This document shows, one piece after another, positions 1-9,033 of a stretch of 64,000 bases of DNA (its first letter is position 1; the number at the start of each line of letters is the position of its first letter). The position numbers were made by a program, and so were the translations under genes. Under the pieces are notes generated by a model. It saw only the letters and a list, made by a program, of their open reading frames with translations. It was not told where the DNA came from and did no database searches. Origin of the DNA: a bacterium (lineage in GTDB: Bacteria; Patescibacteriota; Minisyncoccia; UBA6257; UBA9933); assembly GCA_021796335.1 (NCBI GenBank), contig JAJYHZ010000002.1, forward strand, positions 100,516 through 164,515. Reading direction: 5' to 3'.

Positions 1-2046
1 TTCCATTTTGATTATTTTCGCCCTGACAAAATCGCCGACTTTCACGACGTCTTCAACTTTTTTCACGAATCCTTCTTTAAGTTCGGAAACATGAATCATT
101 CCTTCTCGTCCGCCGCCGATATCGACAATTGCGCCGAATTCCAGAATTTTAATAACGGTGCCCTCGACAATTTCTCCGATTTGAAACTCTTTGGTCAAAG
201 ACTGAATGGCGTGAATGGCCTGCTGAGCTTTTTGCATATCAGGAGCGGCAACGTAAACTTTTCCGTCCTGTTCAATATCTATTGTGGTGGCGCCGCTGGT
301 GGAGATAATCGAATTAATGACTTTACCGCCCGAACCGATAACTTCTCCGATCTGATCGGGCCTGATTTCCAATGTTAGAATAACCGGAGCATATTTGGAA
401 ACATTCTCACGCGGTTTGGCGATTGCTTTGGTTATAGTCTCTAAAATGTGCAGTCTGGCTTTTTTGGCTTGTTCCAAAATTTCGGAAAACATTCTGACGG
501 TAATGCCTTCGATTTTTACATCCATTTGAATGGCGGTGATGCCTTCTTCAGTTCCAGCGACTTTACAATCCATATCGCCGTAATGATCTTCCGGCCCCTG
601 AATATCGGTCAAAATTTTATATTTATCGGTGCTATTTTCCGTAATCAAGCCCATGGCGATTCCGGCTGCGGGTTTTTTAATCGGCACGCCGGCATCCATC
701 AAAGACATTGACGAAGCGCAAACGGTCGCCATTGAAGACGAACCATTTGAGGCTAAAATTTCGGAAACAATTCTGATTGTGTAAGGAAATTCTTCCTGGG
801 TCGGAATTAAGGGGCGAAGAGCTTTCTCAGCTAAGGCGCCGTGACCGATTTCGCGTCGGCCGGGAGCTCCCATTCTGCCGACTTCACCCGTAGCAAACGG
901 CGGAAAATTGTAATGAAGCATGAATCGCCTCTTGGTGGAAATCTCCATTGTTTCAATCATCTGTTCTGACCCGGGAGCTGCCAAAGTTGTGACTGCCAAA
1001 GCCTGAGTCCCTCCTCGGATAAATAAAGCGGAGCCATGCAGTCTTTCGAATAATCCGACTTCGGCATGCAAATCGCGAACTTCATCCAGTTTGCGTCCGT
1101 CGGGACGTAAATTCTTTTCCGAGATATTTTTATGCACCAGATCATCGATTTCTGTTTCAAAAAGATTATCGACTCCGGGAACAACGATATTTTCCTGGAC
1201 CAAATATTCATTTAATTCGTTGCGAACCTGGTCAAGATTGACATTGCGCGAAGTTTTATCCGTCTGGTAAACGGCGTCTTCTAATTTATCTTTCAAAAAA
1301 TTCCGGATTTTAGATTTTATTTCCGGATCCATCTCAGCCATTGCCACGTCGGCTTTCGGTTTTCCGATTTTCGCGGCGATGTCTTTCTGGAATTGAAGGA
1401 GTTTTTTGATTTCTTCATGAGCTTTTTCAAAGGCATCGGCAACTTCATTTTCTTTGACTTCATAACCCATCAACTCGATCATATTGATTCTTTTTTCGGT
1501 CGTACCGATAAATGCCTCGAAAGAAATATCTTCCGCTTCTCCGTTGCCCGGATTTACAATCACTTCTCCATTTTTCTTAACCAACCTGACGCCGGCAACC
1601 GGACCGTTCCAAGGAATATCCGAGATCATCAAGGCTGTTGAAGCGGTGAGAAGAGAGATAAAATCCGGGTCATTTTGTTCATCGTAAGAGAGAACGGTTA
1701 TGACAATTTGGACATCGCGACGGATCCTGTGGTCGAAAAGCGGACGGATGGTGCGATCGATCATGCGTCCGGATAAAACCGCGTTTTCCGACGGCCTCCC
1801 TTCGCGGCGCACAAAACGACTGCCGATAATTTTCCCGGCGGCATAAAATTTTTCTTCGTAATCAACTGTTAAAGGGAAATAATCAAGAGATCTGTCGGTT
1901 TTCCCCATTACAGCGGTGACTAAAACGGTCGTGTCTCCGTATTGGCCGATAACGGCGGCATTCGCTTGTTCCGCCATTTTAGAAATCGAAAGCTTGAGCG
2001 GCTTTCCCGCGAATTCCATCCGGAATTCTTTTTTATTCAATTCCAT
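1..2046 (-). CDS. pnp: Polyribonucleotide nucleotidyltransferase (PNPase), 3' end outside window
   Basis: Manual translation from ATG at 2046 gives MELNKKEFRMEFAGKPLKLSISKMAEQANAAVIGQYGDTTVLVTAV, then DYFPLTVDYEEKFYAAGKI, RREIGHGALAE, SEILASNGSSSMATVCA and KH/S1 domains. Not in the ORF track because its stop is outside the window. Confidence 0.97.
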   Translation of the reverse strand, partial: MELNKKEFRMEFAGKPLKLSISKMAEQANAAVIGQYGDTTVLVTAVMGKTDRSLDYFPLTVDYEEKFYAAGKIIGSRFVRREGRPSENAVLSGRMIDRTIRPLFDHRIRRDVQIVITVLSYDEQNDPDFISLLTASTALMISDIPWNGPVAGVRLVKKNGEVIVNPGNGEAEDISFEAFIGTTEKRINMIELMGYEVKENEVADAFEKAHEEIKKLLQFQKDIAAKIGKPKADVAMAEMDPEIKSKIRNFLKDKLEDAVYQTDKTSRNVNLDQVRNELNEYLVQENIVVPGVDNLFETEIDDLVHKNISEKNLRPDGRKLDEVRDLHAEVGLFERLHGSALFIRGGTQALAVTTLAAPGSEQMIETMEISTKRRFMLHYNFPPFATGEVGRMGAPGRREIGHGALAEKALRPLIPTQEEFPYTIRIVSEILASNGSSSMATVCASSMSLMDAGVPIKKPAAGIAMGLITENSTDKYKILTDIQGPEDHYGDMDCKVAGTEEGITAIQMDVKIEGITVRMFSEILEQAKKARLHILETITKAIAKPRENVSKYAPVILTLEIRPDQIGEVIGSGGKVINSIISTSGATTIDIEQDGKVYVAAPDMQKAQQAIHAIQSLTKEFQIGEIVEGTVIKILEFGAIVDIGGGREGMIHVSELKEGFVKKVEDVVKVGDFVRAKIIKME

Positions 2047-2233
2047 TTCATTTATCTTATGCGATGCCAATATACGAATACAAATGAAAATAAGTCAAAA
2101 TTCAAAAGTCAAATCTCAAAAACAAGGCAGTAATTTAAATTTAATTTTTTAAATCGTTTTACCTTTTGACTTTTCAATTTTGCATTATTCTCATCGCGGA
2201 TTGGCACACCGACATCGCAGTAGCATTACTTAT

Positions 2234-2749
2234 TTATTTTTTAATTAAAACCTTAGGAATCTCGGCGATATCCACGAAAAGATCGGCGGATTCTTTCAAT
2301 CTAATAGCGGCGTTTCTGCCGAAACCGGCAACCTCGACAATTCTGCCGCGTCCCCATTTCAGATAATCCAGCAGCGGAAGAAAATCTCCGTCCCCGGTTA
2401 CCAATATAATAACATCCAAAGCGTCCGCCATGCGGACGGCATCAACCGCCATTCCAACATCCCAATCGGCTTTTTTCATTCCGCTGGAAAAAACCTGCAG
2501 CTCCTTTACGCGCAAATCGATTCCGGCCTTTTCAAGCGCTTCAAAAAAAGAAGCTTCGCCAGGAGTCTCTTCGCCGGCTTGAGTTTCGCTCTTAACTACA
2601 TAGCCGAGAGCGCGAATCAAATGGCGATTTGCGGTCAAATTTTTCACCAATTCGGCATAGTTGACTTTGGAGTCGTAAAGATTTTTGGCCGAATGATAAA
2701 GGTTCTGAACGTCTATAAAGATTCCTATTCTTTGATCCTTAAACCTCAC
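2234..2749 (-). CDS. NYN-domain (LabA/DUF88) protein
   Basis: FIDVQNLY, KADWDVGMAVD and VTGDGDFLPL motifs. Confidence 0.9.
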   Translation of the reverse strand: MRFKDQRIGIFIDVQNLYHSAKNLYDSKVNYAELVKNLTANRHLIRALGYVVKSETQAGEETPGEASFFEALEKAGIDLRVKELQVFSSGMKKADWDVGMAVDAVRMADALDVIILVTGDGDFLPLLDYLKWGRGRIVEVAGFGRNAAIRLKESADLFVDIAEIPKVLIKK

Positions 2750-2821
2750 GGGTTTTGACTGCGGACTACGGGCTACGGACTACTGCAAATAAGCTGTGGT
2801 CGGTAGTCTATAGGCTGCAGA

Positions 2822-3088
2822 CTATTTTTTCAGTCCTAATTTTTTAATAACTTTTGCGTAATTTTTTTCATCGGTTTTTTCCAAATAACCGAGCAATCTC
2901 TTTCTTTTCCCAACCATCTTTAATAAGCCCCTGCGAGAGTGGTTATCTTTCGGATTCTTTTTTAGATGGCTGGTCAGTTCGGAAATCTGTTTGGTAGTCA
3001 TCGCAATCTGCACTTCAACGGAACCGGTATCGGCGTCATGTGCCTGAAAGTCCTTTATTATATTTTGTTTTTGTCGCTTAGTTAGCAT
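2822..3088 (-). CDS. rpsO: 30S ribosomal protein S15
   Basis: DTGSVEVQIA and DNHSRRGLLKMVGKRKRLL; start moved to MLTKRQK. Confidence 0.97.
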   Translation of the reverse strand: MLTKRQKQNIIKDFQAHDADTGSVEVQIAMTTKQISELTSHLKKNPKDNHSRRGLLKMVGKRKRLLGYLEKTDEKNYAKVIKKLGLKK

Positions 3089-3433
3089 GTTAGGAAAGAT
3101 AATACCATAGACATCGTTATATTGCAAGTTTGATTAACACTGTTTAAAAACATCATTTATGCCCAGAGTTTATCGATCCGCGCACAACCAATCTAATATA
3201 CGAATGCAGTTCCTCGACCGCACGGTCGCGGGAAGCTTAATATTTTATCCGCCGTGGCGGATAAAATATCAGATTATTATTATTTCGCCGTATTTCTTCG
3301 ACCCCATATGAAGTTTATACGCGGCAAGCAGGCTCAGGAAATATAAATCCTGAGAGGTTTTCAAGCAACCAAATTTGATTAAAATTGAAGCTGTTTTTGA
3401 CAAAATTGATAAAATAAATAGAATTTAGATATT

Positions 3434-3520
3434 GCCCGGGTGGCGGAATTGGCAGACGCGCAGGACTCAAAATCCTGTAATCGCAAGGTTGTGTGGGTTC
3501 AACTCCCACCCCGGGCACCA
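3434..3520 (+). tRNA. tRNA-Leu(CAA)
   Basis: GCCCGGG...CCCGGGCACCA; anticodon arm CAGGA-CTCAAAA-TCCTG; long variable arm; CCA encoded. Confidence 0.96.
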
Positions 3521-3542
3521 CGTAGGAAATTTCAAGCGGCTT

Positions 3543-4082
3543 ATGAATAAGAAAAATATTGTTTTAATAATAGTGCTAGTTGTTGCTCTAGGCGCAATAG
3601 TATATTTTTTTACTTCTAATAATTCCTCCGCACCGACCACCTTACCGACTTCTACAAACCCATCGCCGCAACAACCAGTAGTTCCGACAGATAGCAACCC
3701 CGTGACACCGACAATATCGTCGTCTGGTGCCAATGACAGGAGTGTCATCTTATCAGAACTTCAAAGATTGAATATTGAAGTTACTGGAGCGTCTAAACAG
3801 ATAGAACTAGAACTTCCTTCGGTTTTATCTGATGCTAATTGGGGATTAAAGAAAATCATATGCGAAGAAGGAGGATACAATTTATCAGCCTACGCCGGAA
3901 AAACAATTTTGTTCACGTCTTATCCAATTAACGAAGTGTGGAATAATACGGAACCGCTAAATGTGTGGGTGGCAACTAGCGAAGATAAAATTGTATGCGT
4001 TTACAAAGCAGTCAGAGAAAACAGCATGGTTGCTCCCGGAATTTTTTCCATCAAAGAAAATTCCAATATCAAGAAGAAATAA
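3543..4082 (+). CDS. Membrane-anchored exported protein, DUF4830-like C-terminal domain
   Basis: N-terminal TM segment, Pro/Thr/Ser linker, GYNLSAYAGKTILFTSYPI motif; the longer ORF-track start overlaps the tRNA. Confidence 0.6.
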   Translation: MNKKNIVLIIVLVVALGAIVYFFTSNNSSAPTTLPTSTNPSPQQPVVPTDSNPVTPTISSSGANDRSVILSELQRLNIEVTGASKQIELELPSVLSDANWGLKKIICEEGGYNLSAYAGKTILFTSYPINEVWNNTEPLNVWVATSEDKIVCVYKAVRENSMVAPGIFSIKENSNIKKK

Positions 4083-4302
4083 AATTTCAAAGAACTTGCC
4101 GCCAAAGAAAAATTTGAAATTGTCAGCGGTGCGGCTCCGCCGCCTTTCCGAATTTTCGCGGGGGGTTTTCCTCGACGCCGCAGGCGGCGAAATGCGTTCG
4201 GACTAATTCAAGAATACTACACCAGAGTTAGTAATTTAGTTTTTAGTGATCAGAGATTATAATTTTTAAAAATTTATTGGAATAAAAAGGTGCGCTTTTG
4301 CT

Positions 4303-4569
4303 TTAAAACAAGCGCACCCGTATTTTCGGATCAGAGCTTGATATGATGGGAACATTAAAATTTATATTATCCATTCCCACCAAAAGCCGCTGGCCGTTTG
4401 AAAGCCACCCTAATAAGCACGGCGTTTTCGACGCCGCCTTGCATTTCGCAATTTCCCTAAGCTCGCTCGGAGAACTTTTGATTGTAATTTGCTCTCCTGT
4501 TTTAAGAGTAACAATGTATCCTCTTCGACACATTGCCAAACCAATCATAACTTTCATACCTTTATCCAT
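4303..4569 (-). CDS. Hypothetical protein
   Basis: 88-aa ORF preceded by an AAGGAG Shine-Dalgarno. Confidence 0.6.
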   Translation of the reverse strand: MDKGMKVMIGLAMCRRGYIVTLKTGEQITIKSSPSELREIAKCKAASKTPCLLGWLSNGQRLLVGMDNINFNVPIISSSDPKIRVRLF

Positions 4570-4623
4570 TTTCTCTCCTTCTGCACTTTTTAATATGCAA
4601 AAATCCGCCGTGGCGGATTTATT

Positions 4624-5124
4624 TCATTCAAACCTAACCTTAACTTTTTTGGATTTTTTCTTATCAACTTTCGGCAAAATAATCTTTAGAATTCCGTTTT
4701 TAAAAGTAGCAGACACGTGGTCGGGGTTAATTTCCTGCGGAAGAATGACTGAGCGAGAAAACCTGCCCCAGTAACACTCCTGATAAAGATAATCGCGTCC
4801 TTCGGTTTTTCCCGTGTATTCTCTTTTGCCCTTAACGGTTATGGCTTCGGGGCTTATTTCCAAATCCAGGTCATCGGCATTGACTCCGGCAATCGCAGCT
4901 TCAATGACGATATCATCGGAAGTCTGATAAACATCAATCGCCAATTGCCCCTCTCCTTCGTCAAAAATTTCCGATTCTTTTTCTTTTTCAAAGTTTGTTT
5001 CTCTCTCTTTCACGGATGACGCCTTAACTAATTGAGGTTCAAAATTTTGCTCTTCGTCGGATTCGGTGGAAACGACTCCGGCCAATTTTTCAAAGAATTT
5101 TTTCGTGTTGTCGTCGTGTGACAT
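4624..5124 (-). CDS. Hsp20/alpha-crystallin small heat shock protein
   Basis: GQLAIDVYQT, ECYWGRFSRSVILP and ATFKNGILKIILPK. Confidence 0.93.
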   Translation of the reverse strand: MSHDDNTKKFFEKLAGVVSTESDEEQNFEPQLVKASSVKERETNFEKEKESEIFDEGEGQLAIDVYQTSDDIVIEAAIAGVNADDLDLEISPEAITVKGKREYTGKTEGRDYLYQECYWGRFSRSVILPQEINPDHVSATFKNGILKIILPKVDKKKSKKVKVRFE

Positions 5125-5141
5125 GCGAATTTCAGATTTAA

Positions 5142-5819
5142 TTAATTGATTTTAATGTTATCATTTTTTTTCAAAATCTCAAAATCGTTAAAAATAAAAA
5201 AAGCCGCAAAAATCAGTATGATAATCGGATAAATAAATATGCCGCTAAAAACGATTATGGAATAGTTAAAAATTGCATGAAGAGCGGTTGCCAGAATTAA
5301 GCCAAACACGGAAAAAATAAAAACTTTTTTCTTTATGATTCCTTTTGCCCAATAGTAGCCGACTAATCCGGAACTGAGTACGTGCAGCAGAGTCGCGCCC
5401 AAAAATCGGAATACGAGCAATCCGATCCGTTCATCAAGTATCTGATTGCCGAACATTATGCCTATGTTCTCTATGGCGGCCATGCCGGAAGCGGCAGTTA
5501 TCATGTAAATCATGGCATCAATCGGCTCGTCGAAAAATTTGCTTTTACGCATTATCAAAAAAACCGGAAAGAATTTAAGAATTTCTTCGACGGCGGCAAA
5601 TCCGAATATTGGGCCGAAAGTTTTTAAATTCGCAAAATTGTCCGGAAATTCCAGCTGTAACAGATATTGAATCCCGGCCGCAAGAAGAGCGGAAAACATT
5701 CCGACCAGAAAAAGGGGGAATATTGTTCTTTTCGGTTCCGGATGAATATCTTCCTGAAGAAAAAATCCCAACCAGATAAAACTGGGCAACAAACCCAAGA
5801 ATATTAGCAGAACATTCAT
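5142..5819 (-). CDS. prsW: PrsW-family intramembrane metalloprotease
   Basis: HPEP, AAVEEILKF, FDEPIDAMIY, GMAAIEN and LHAIFN motifs. Confidence 0.9.
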   Translation of the reverse strand: MNVLLIFLGLLPSFIWLGFFLQEDIHPEPKRTIFPLFLVGMFSALLAAGIQYLLQLEFPDNFANLKTFGPIFGFAAVEEILKFFPVFLIMRKSKFFDEPIDAMIYMITAASGMAAIENIGIMFGNQILDERIGLLVFRFLGATLLHVLSSGLVGYYWAKGIIKKKVFIFSVFGLILATALHAIFNYSIIVFSGIFIYPIIILIFAAFFIFNDFEILKKNDNIKIN

Positions 5820-5916
5820 TGATCGGCTTATGGCTTATGGCTGATAGCTTATGGTTCGCAAATTTTTAAAATGAAATAATCCAACCATATGCTACATGCC
5901 ATTAGCTATTTGCTAT

Positions 5917-7170
5917 TTAAATCTCAAACCATCCCTTGATTATATTTTCTTCAATAATTTCGGAAAGTTTTTCCTCCCCGAAAAATTCTATGAAAATTTT
6001 ATTCCATAAAGATTCCTGCTGGTGATAGAGATATCTAGCCATTTCTTTTTGTTTGACCAGATCCATGGCCGCGTCCACCAAGTTGAAACTGACCAAGACA
6101 TCTATTCCGGAATCAGTTTTGAAATAATCGCCGACCCAGCCAAGATCGTGCCAAAAGCTCAAATCGGCGGTAAAACCTTTTAGTTCGCGGGAAATCAAAA
6201 GAAGCATCCTTTCCGCTCTGGCCCAGTGCAAAGCTTCGGGATTTATGTGCGGCTCGAACAAGCGCCAGTCGTTGGGATCGTCTTTCGTCAAATATCTTTG
6301 AATAACCATCCAGGTTGATTTGCCGGAAGGCGGCAAACGTTTTTCCGGCACGTCGCCCCGCAACAAGGAAACTATTTTTTTTGAAAAATCGCCTTCATTT
6401 TGGGAATAACGCCTGAATAATCTGGAGTAAAAAGCGATTTCATTGAAATAATGCAGAATCAGAGAGAAATTACGCAGTGTCTCGCCGGTGATTTCCAAAG
6501 ATAAGGGAAGAGCGTAGATGACACCGAGTTCTTTCAGGTGGCTGATATTATGGTGCTTTTTCTGGATAAAACTTCTTGCCAATACAGACCATTTTTCCGG
6601 CAAAGCCAGGGTAGTGATCTCCCTTTCTTCAAAATCAGACGGTTTCAAAGTTTCGTACTGCTTAAAAAAAACGTTACTGAGCCATTCGCCTCCTTCAATA
6701 AAGCGCAAACTGCTGTAAATTTCAAAAAAATCTTCATTAGCGGTAAGTTCGTCGACATCTCGATAACCCAAGGCCTGAATAACATTTAAGGGCGGCTGAT
6801 TTTTCAAAAATTCCAAAGCTTTTTCTTTTTTTAAAAAAAGTCCTTTTTCGGGATTAATCAGTTTTTTGCTTACTTTTAAAATATTGTCCCAATCTTTTGG
6901 AGAAGTGGCGCTAGGTTCGCCTAAAACTTTGTAAAGTTTAGCATCATCTTCTCCCAGTTTTTTGATAATCGCATCATAAACATTTTTGGCCGGCGCGTCC
7001 TTTTCCAGGCCGAGCAGATTCAAATGACTGCCGATGGAATTCTCGTTCTTCTCCCACAATTTTTCTATCACATCTTTCTTTCCGGTTATGTCGGAAAACT
7101 TTTCTTCTATTGACCGCACAACATCTTTGTCAATCCGTAAAATTTTCGCGATGTTTTCGTAGGGTTTCAT
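5917..7170 (-). CDS. Conserved hypothetical protein
   Basis: 417-aa ORF with HNISHLKELG, HYFNE and EPHINPEALHW motifs; function unknown. Confidence 0.75.
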   Translation of the reverse strand: MKPYENIAKILRIDKDVVRSIEEKFSDITGKKDVIEKLWEKNENSIGSHLNLLGLEKDAPAKNVYDAIIKKLGEDDAKLYKVLGEPSATSPKDWDNILKVSKKLINPEKGLFLKKEKALEFLKNQPPLNVIQALGYRDVDELTANEDFFEIYSSLRFIEGGEWLSNVFFKQYETLKPSDFEEREITTLALPEKWSVLARSFIQKKHHNISHLKELGVIYALPLSLEITGETLRNFSLILHYFNEIAFYSRLFRRYSQNEGDFSKKIVSLLRGDVPEKRLPPSGKSTWMVIQRYLTKDDPNDWRLFEPHINPEALHWARAERMLLLISRELKGFTADLSFWHDLGWVGDYFKTDSGIDVLVSFNLVDAAMDLVKQKEMARYLYHQQESLWNKIFIEFFGEEKLSEIIEENIIKGWFEI

Positions 7171-7383
7171 GGAGCAGTTTTTAGTGATTAGCCTTTAGTT
7201 TTTAGTATAAAAATATTTTCGGCTTATGACAAATTTAAAAATCCGCGACGAGTTATTCCCGCTTTTTATAACTAATTTGTATAAAAATCGGCTGATTTTG
7301 AAGCTCTACTTGTCTATATGATTGGTTGCGGCCCATAATGCGGGAGCTGCGAATGCGAATGGACCAGGTCATCTTTTTTTAAA

Positions 7384-8322
7384 TCATTCGTGTTCGGATT
7401 TTATTCTGCCGCCTAAAGTACGCAGTTCTTTTAAAGCTTCCCCGGCCTGTTCTTTATTCGGCGGGATGCCGTGCCACAGGTAATCCGATTCCATGAAGCT
7501 GACTCCCTTGCCGGGTATTGTGTGAGCGATGATCACGGTCGGCTTTTCGAAAGTCGCTTTGGCTTCGGTTACGGCTGAAACAAATTCTCGGATATCATGG
7601 CCGTCCACCTCCAAAACATTCCAGTTGAAAGATTCGTATTTGTCACGCAGGGAGTCAAGCGGCATCACATCTTCGGTAAAACCGTCGATTTGAATATTAT
7701 TGCGGTCAATAACAACGGTCAAATTATTTAATCTGTTTTTTCCGGCAAACATAATCGCTTCCCAGACAATCCCTTCTTGATGTTCCCCATCGGACATTAT
7801 GCAATAAATGTGTTTTTGTTTTGCTTGTACTGAGCCTGTCAAAGCATCCATTTTGGCGGCCAAGGAAATGCCTATTGCCTGAGGCAAACCGTTGCCTAAA
7901 GGGCCAGAAGTTATTTCCACGCCGGGCAATGATTTGCGATGCGGATGGCCCTGCAAACGGCTTCCTAATTTTCTTAAGGTCATAAGTTGTTCCATGGGAA
8001 AATATCCGGCGCGAGCCAAGGCAGCGTACAAAACGGGGCAAATGTGGCCGTTTGACAAAATTAGGCGGTCACGGTCAGGCCAATTCGGATTTTTGGGATT
8101 ATGATTAAGAATGTGAAAATAAAAAGCGGCGAAAATATCCGCCATGCCCAACGATCCCGCCGAATGGCCGGATTTAGCTTTAAGAAGCATGTTAATAATG
8201 TCTTCCCTGATTTGATTGGCGGTTTCTTCCAATAACGCCACTTTTTTTTCATGCAAATATTCCGAAGAAAATCGCTGAATTACTGAATCACCGGGTTGTT
8301 TTTTCTTTAATAATTTAGCCAT
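7384..8322 (-). CDS. Transketolase, N-terminal (TPP-binding) subunit
   Basis: SGHSAGSLG, RDRLILSNGH, LQGHP, SDGEHQEG..WEA and TIPGKGV. Confidence 0.93.
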   Translation of the reverse strand: MAKLLKKKQPGDSVIQRFSSEYLHEKKVALLEETANQIREDIINMLLKAKSGHSAGSLGMADIFAAFYFHILNHNPKNPNWPDRDRLILSNGHICPVLYAALARAGYFPMEQLMTLRKLGSRLQGHPHRKSLPGVEITSGPLGNGLPQAIGISLAAKMDALTGSVQAKQKHIYCIMSDGEHQEGIVWEAIMFAGKNRLNNLTVVIDRNNIQIDGFTEDVMPLDSLRDKYESFNWNVLEVDGHDIREFVSAVTEAKATFEKPTVIIAHTIPGKGVSFMESDYLWHGIPPNKEQAGEALKELRTLGGRIKSEHE

Positions 8323-8334
8323 ATACAATTTATT

Positions 8335-9018
8335 TTACATTTTTTTAATTTCAACGGGAGTAGGTATATCTTTCGACGTATTTTTATAAATGAAAGGAAC
8401 TCTGATAGTCGGTTTAGGCAGAATCAAATCGGGAATGGACAAAAGCATGAGGGAGCTGCCCAAAGACAAGAATCCGGTGAGGATAAAGACGATATTGAAA
8501 CCGAAATTTTTTGATAAGAATCCGCCGATGAAAGCGGCAACGCCGGAAACGATGCCTATAGTAGTGCTGTCCAAAGACCAGTCAAGAGAATAGCGGTCTT
8601 TGTCCAAATGGCGGGAAAAAATCGCGTTCCAGGAGGGAGAATACAGACCGAAGGCTATGCCTTGCAAAAAAGTGACCAGATAAAGTTCGAGAGTCGATCT
8701 GACGGTAAGAAATAAAATCGCGGCGAATCCCGCCAGTGTCAACGCGGATATCAAAGCATAGAAATCATCCTTTTCGCCGGGATGCTTGTCCAAGAAAACC
8801 GCCACGGGAATTTGAATGACGGACTTGGTTATCCAGTAAACGGAATAAACGCTTCCGACGACAAAAAAACTGGCATGAACTTTTTGAGTGATAAACAAAG
8901 CCAGCAAAGGATTGATTAAGCCCCAACCGCCCCAAAGAAATAGATCGGAAAGGACAAAAAATTTAATGACTCTGCCAACCGATAGATTTTTGAAGTTGAT
9001 ATTAATGTTTATCCTCAT
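8335..9018 (-). CDS. MFS-type membrane protein (half-size)
   Basis: About six hydrophobic helices with an MFS-like pattern. Confidence 0.7.
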   Translation of the reverse strand: MRINININFKNLSVGRVIKFFVLSDLFLWGGWGLINPLLALFITQKVHASFFVVGSVYSVYWITKSVIQIPVAVFLDKHPGEKDDFYALISALTLAGFAAILFLTVRSTLELYLVTFLQGIAFGLYSPSWNAIFSRHLDKDRYSLDWSLDSTTIGIVSGVAAFIGGFLSKNFGFNIVFILTGFLSLGSSLMLLSIPDLILPKPTIRVPFIYKNTSKDIPTPVEIKKM

Positions 9019-9033
9019 AATGAACGGCAAATA

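Noticed and set aside
91-2366. Short + strand ORFs
   Set aside because: Antisense shadows of pnp and the NYN gene.
3432-3542. N-terminal extension of the 216-aa ORF
   Set aside because: It is the tRNA-Leu gene; the real start is probably 3543.
7252-7372. 39-aa ORF after transketolase (MTWSIRIRSS...)
   Set aside because: No SD, motif or homology evidence.
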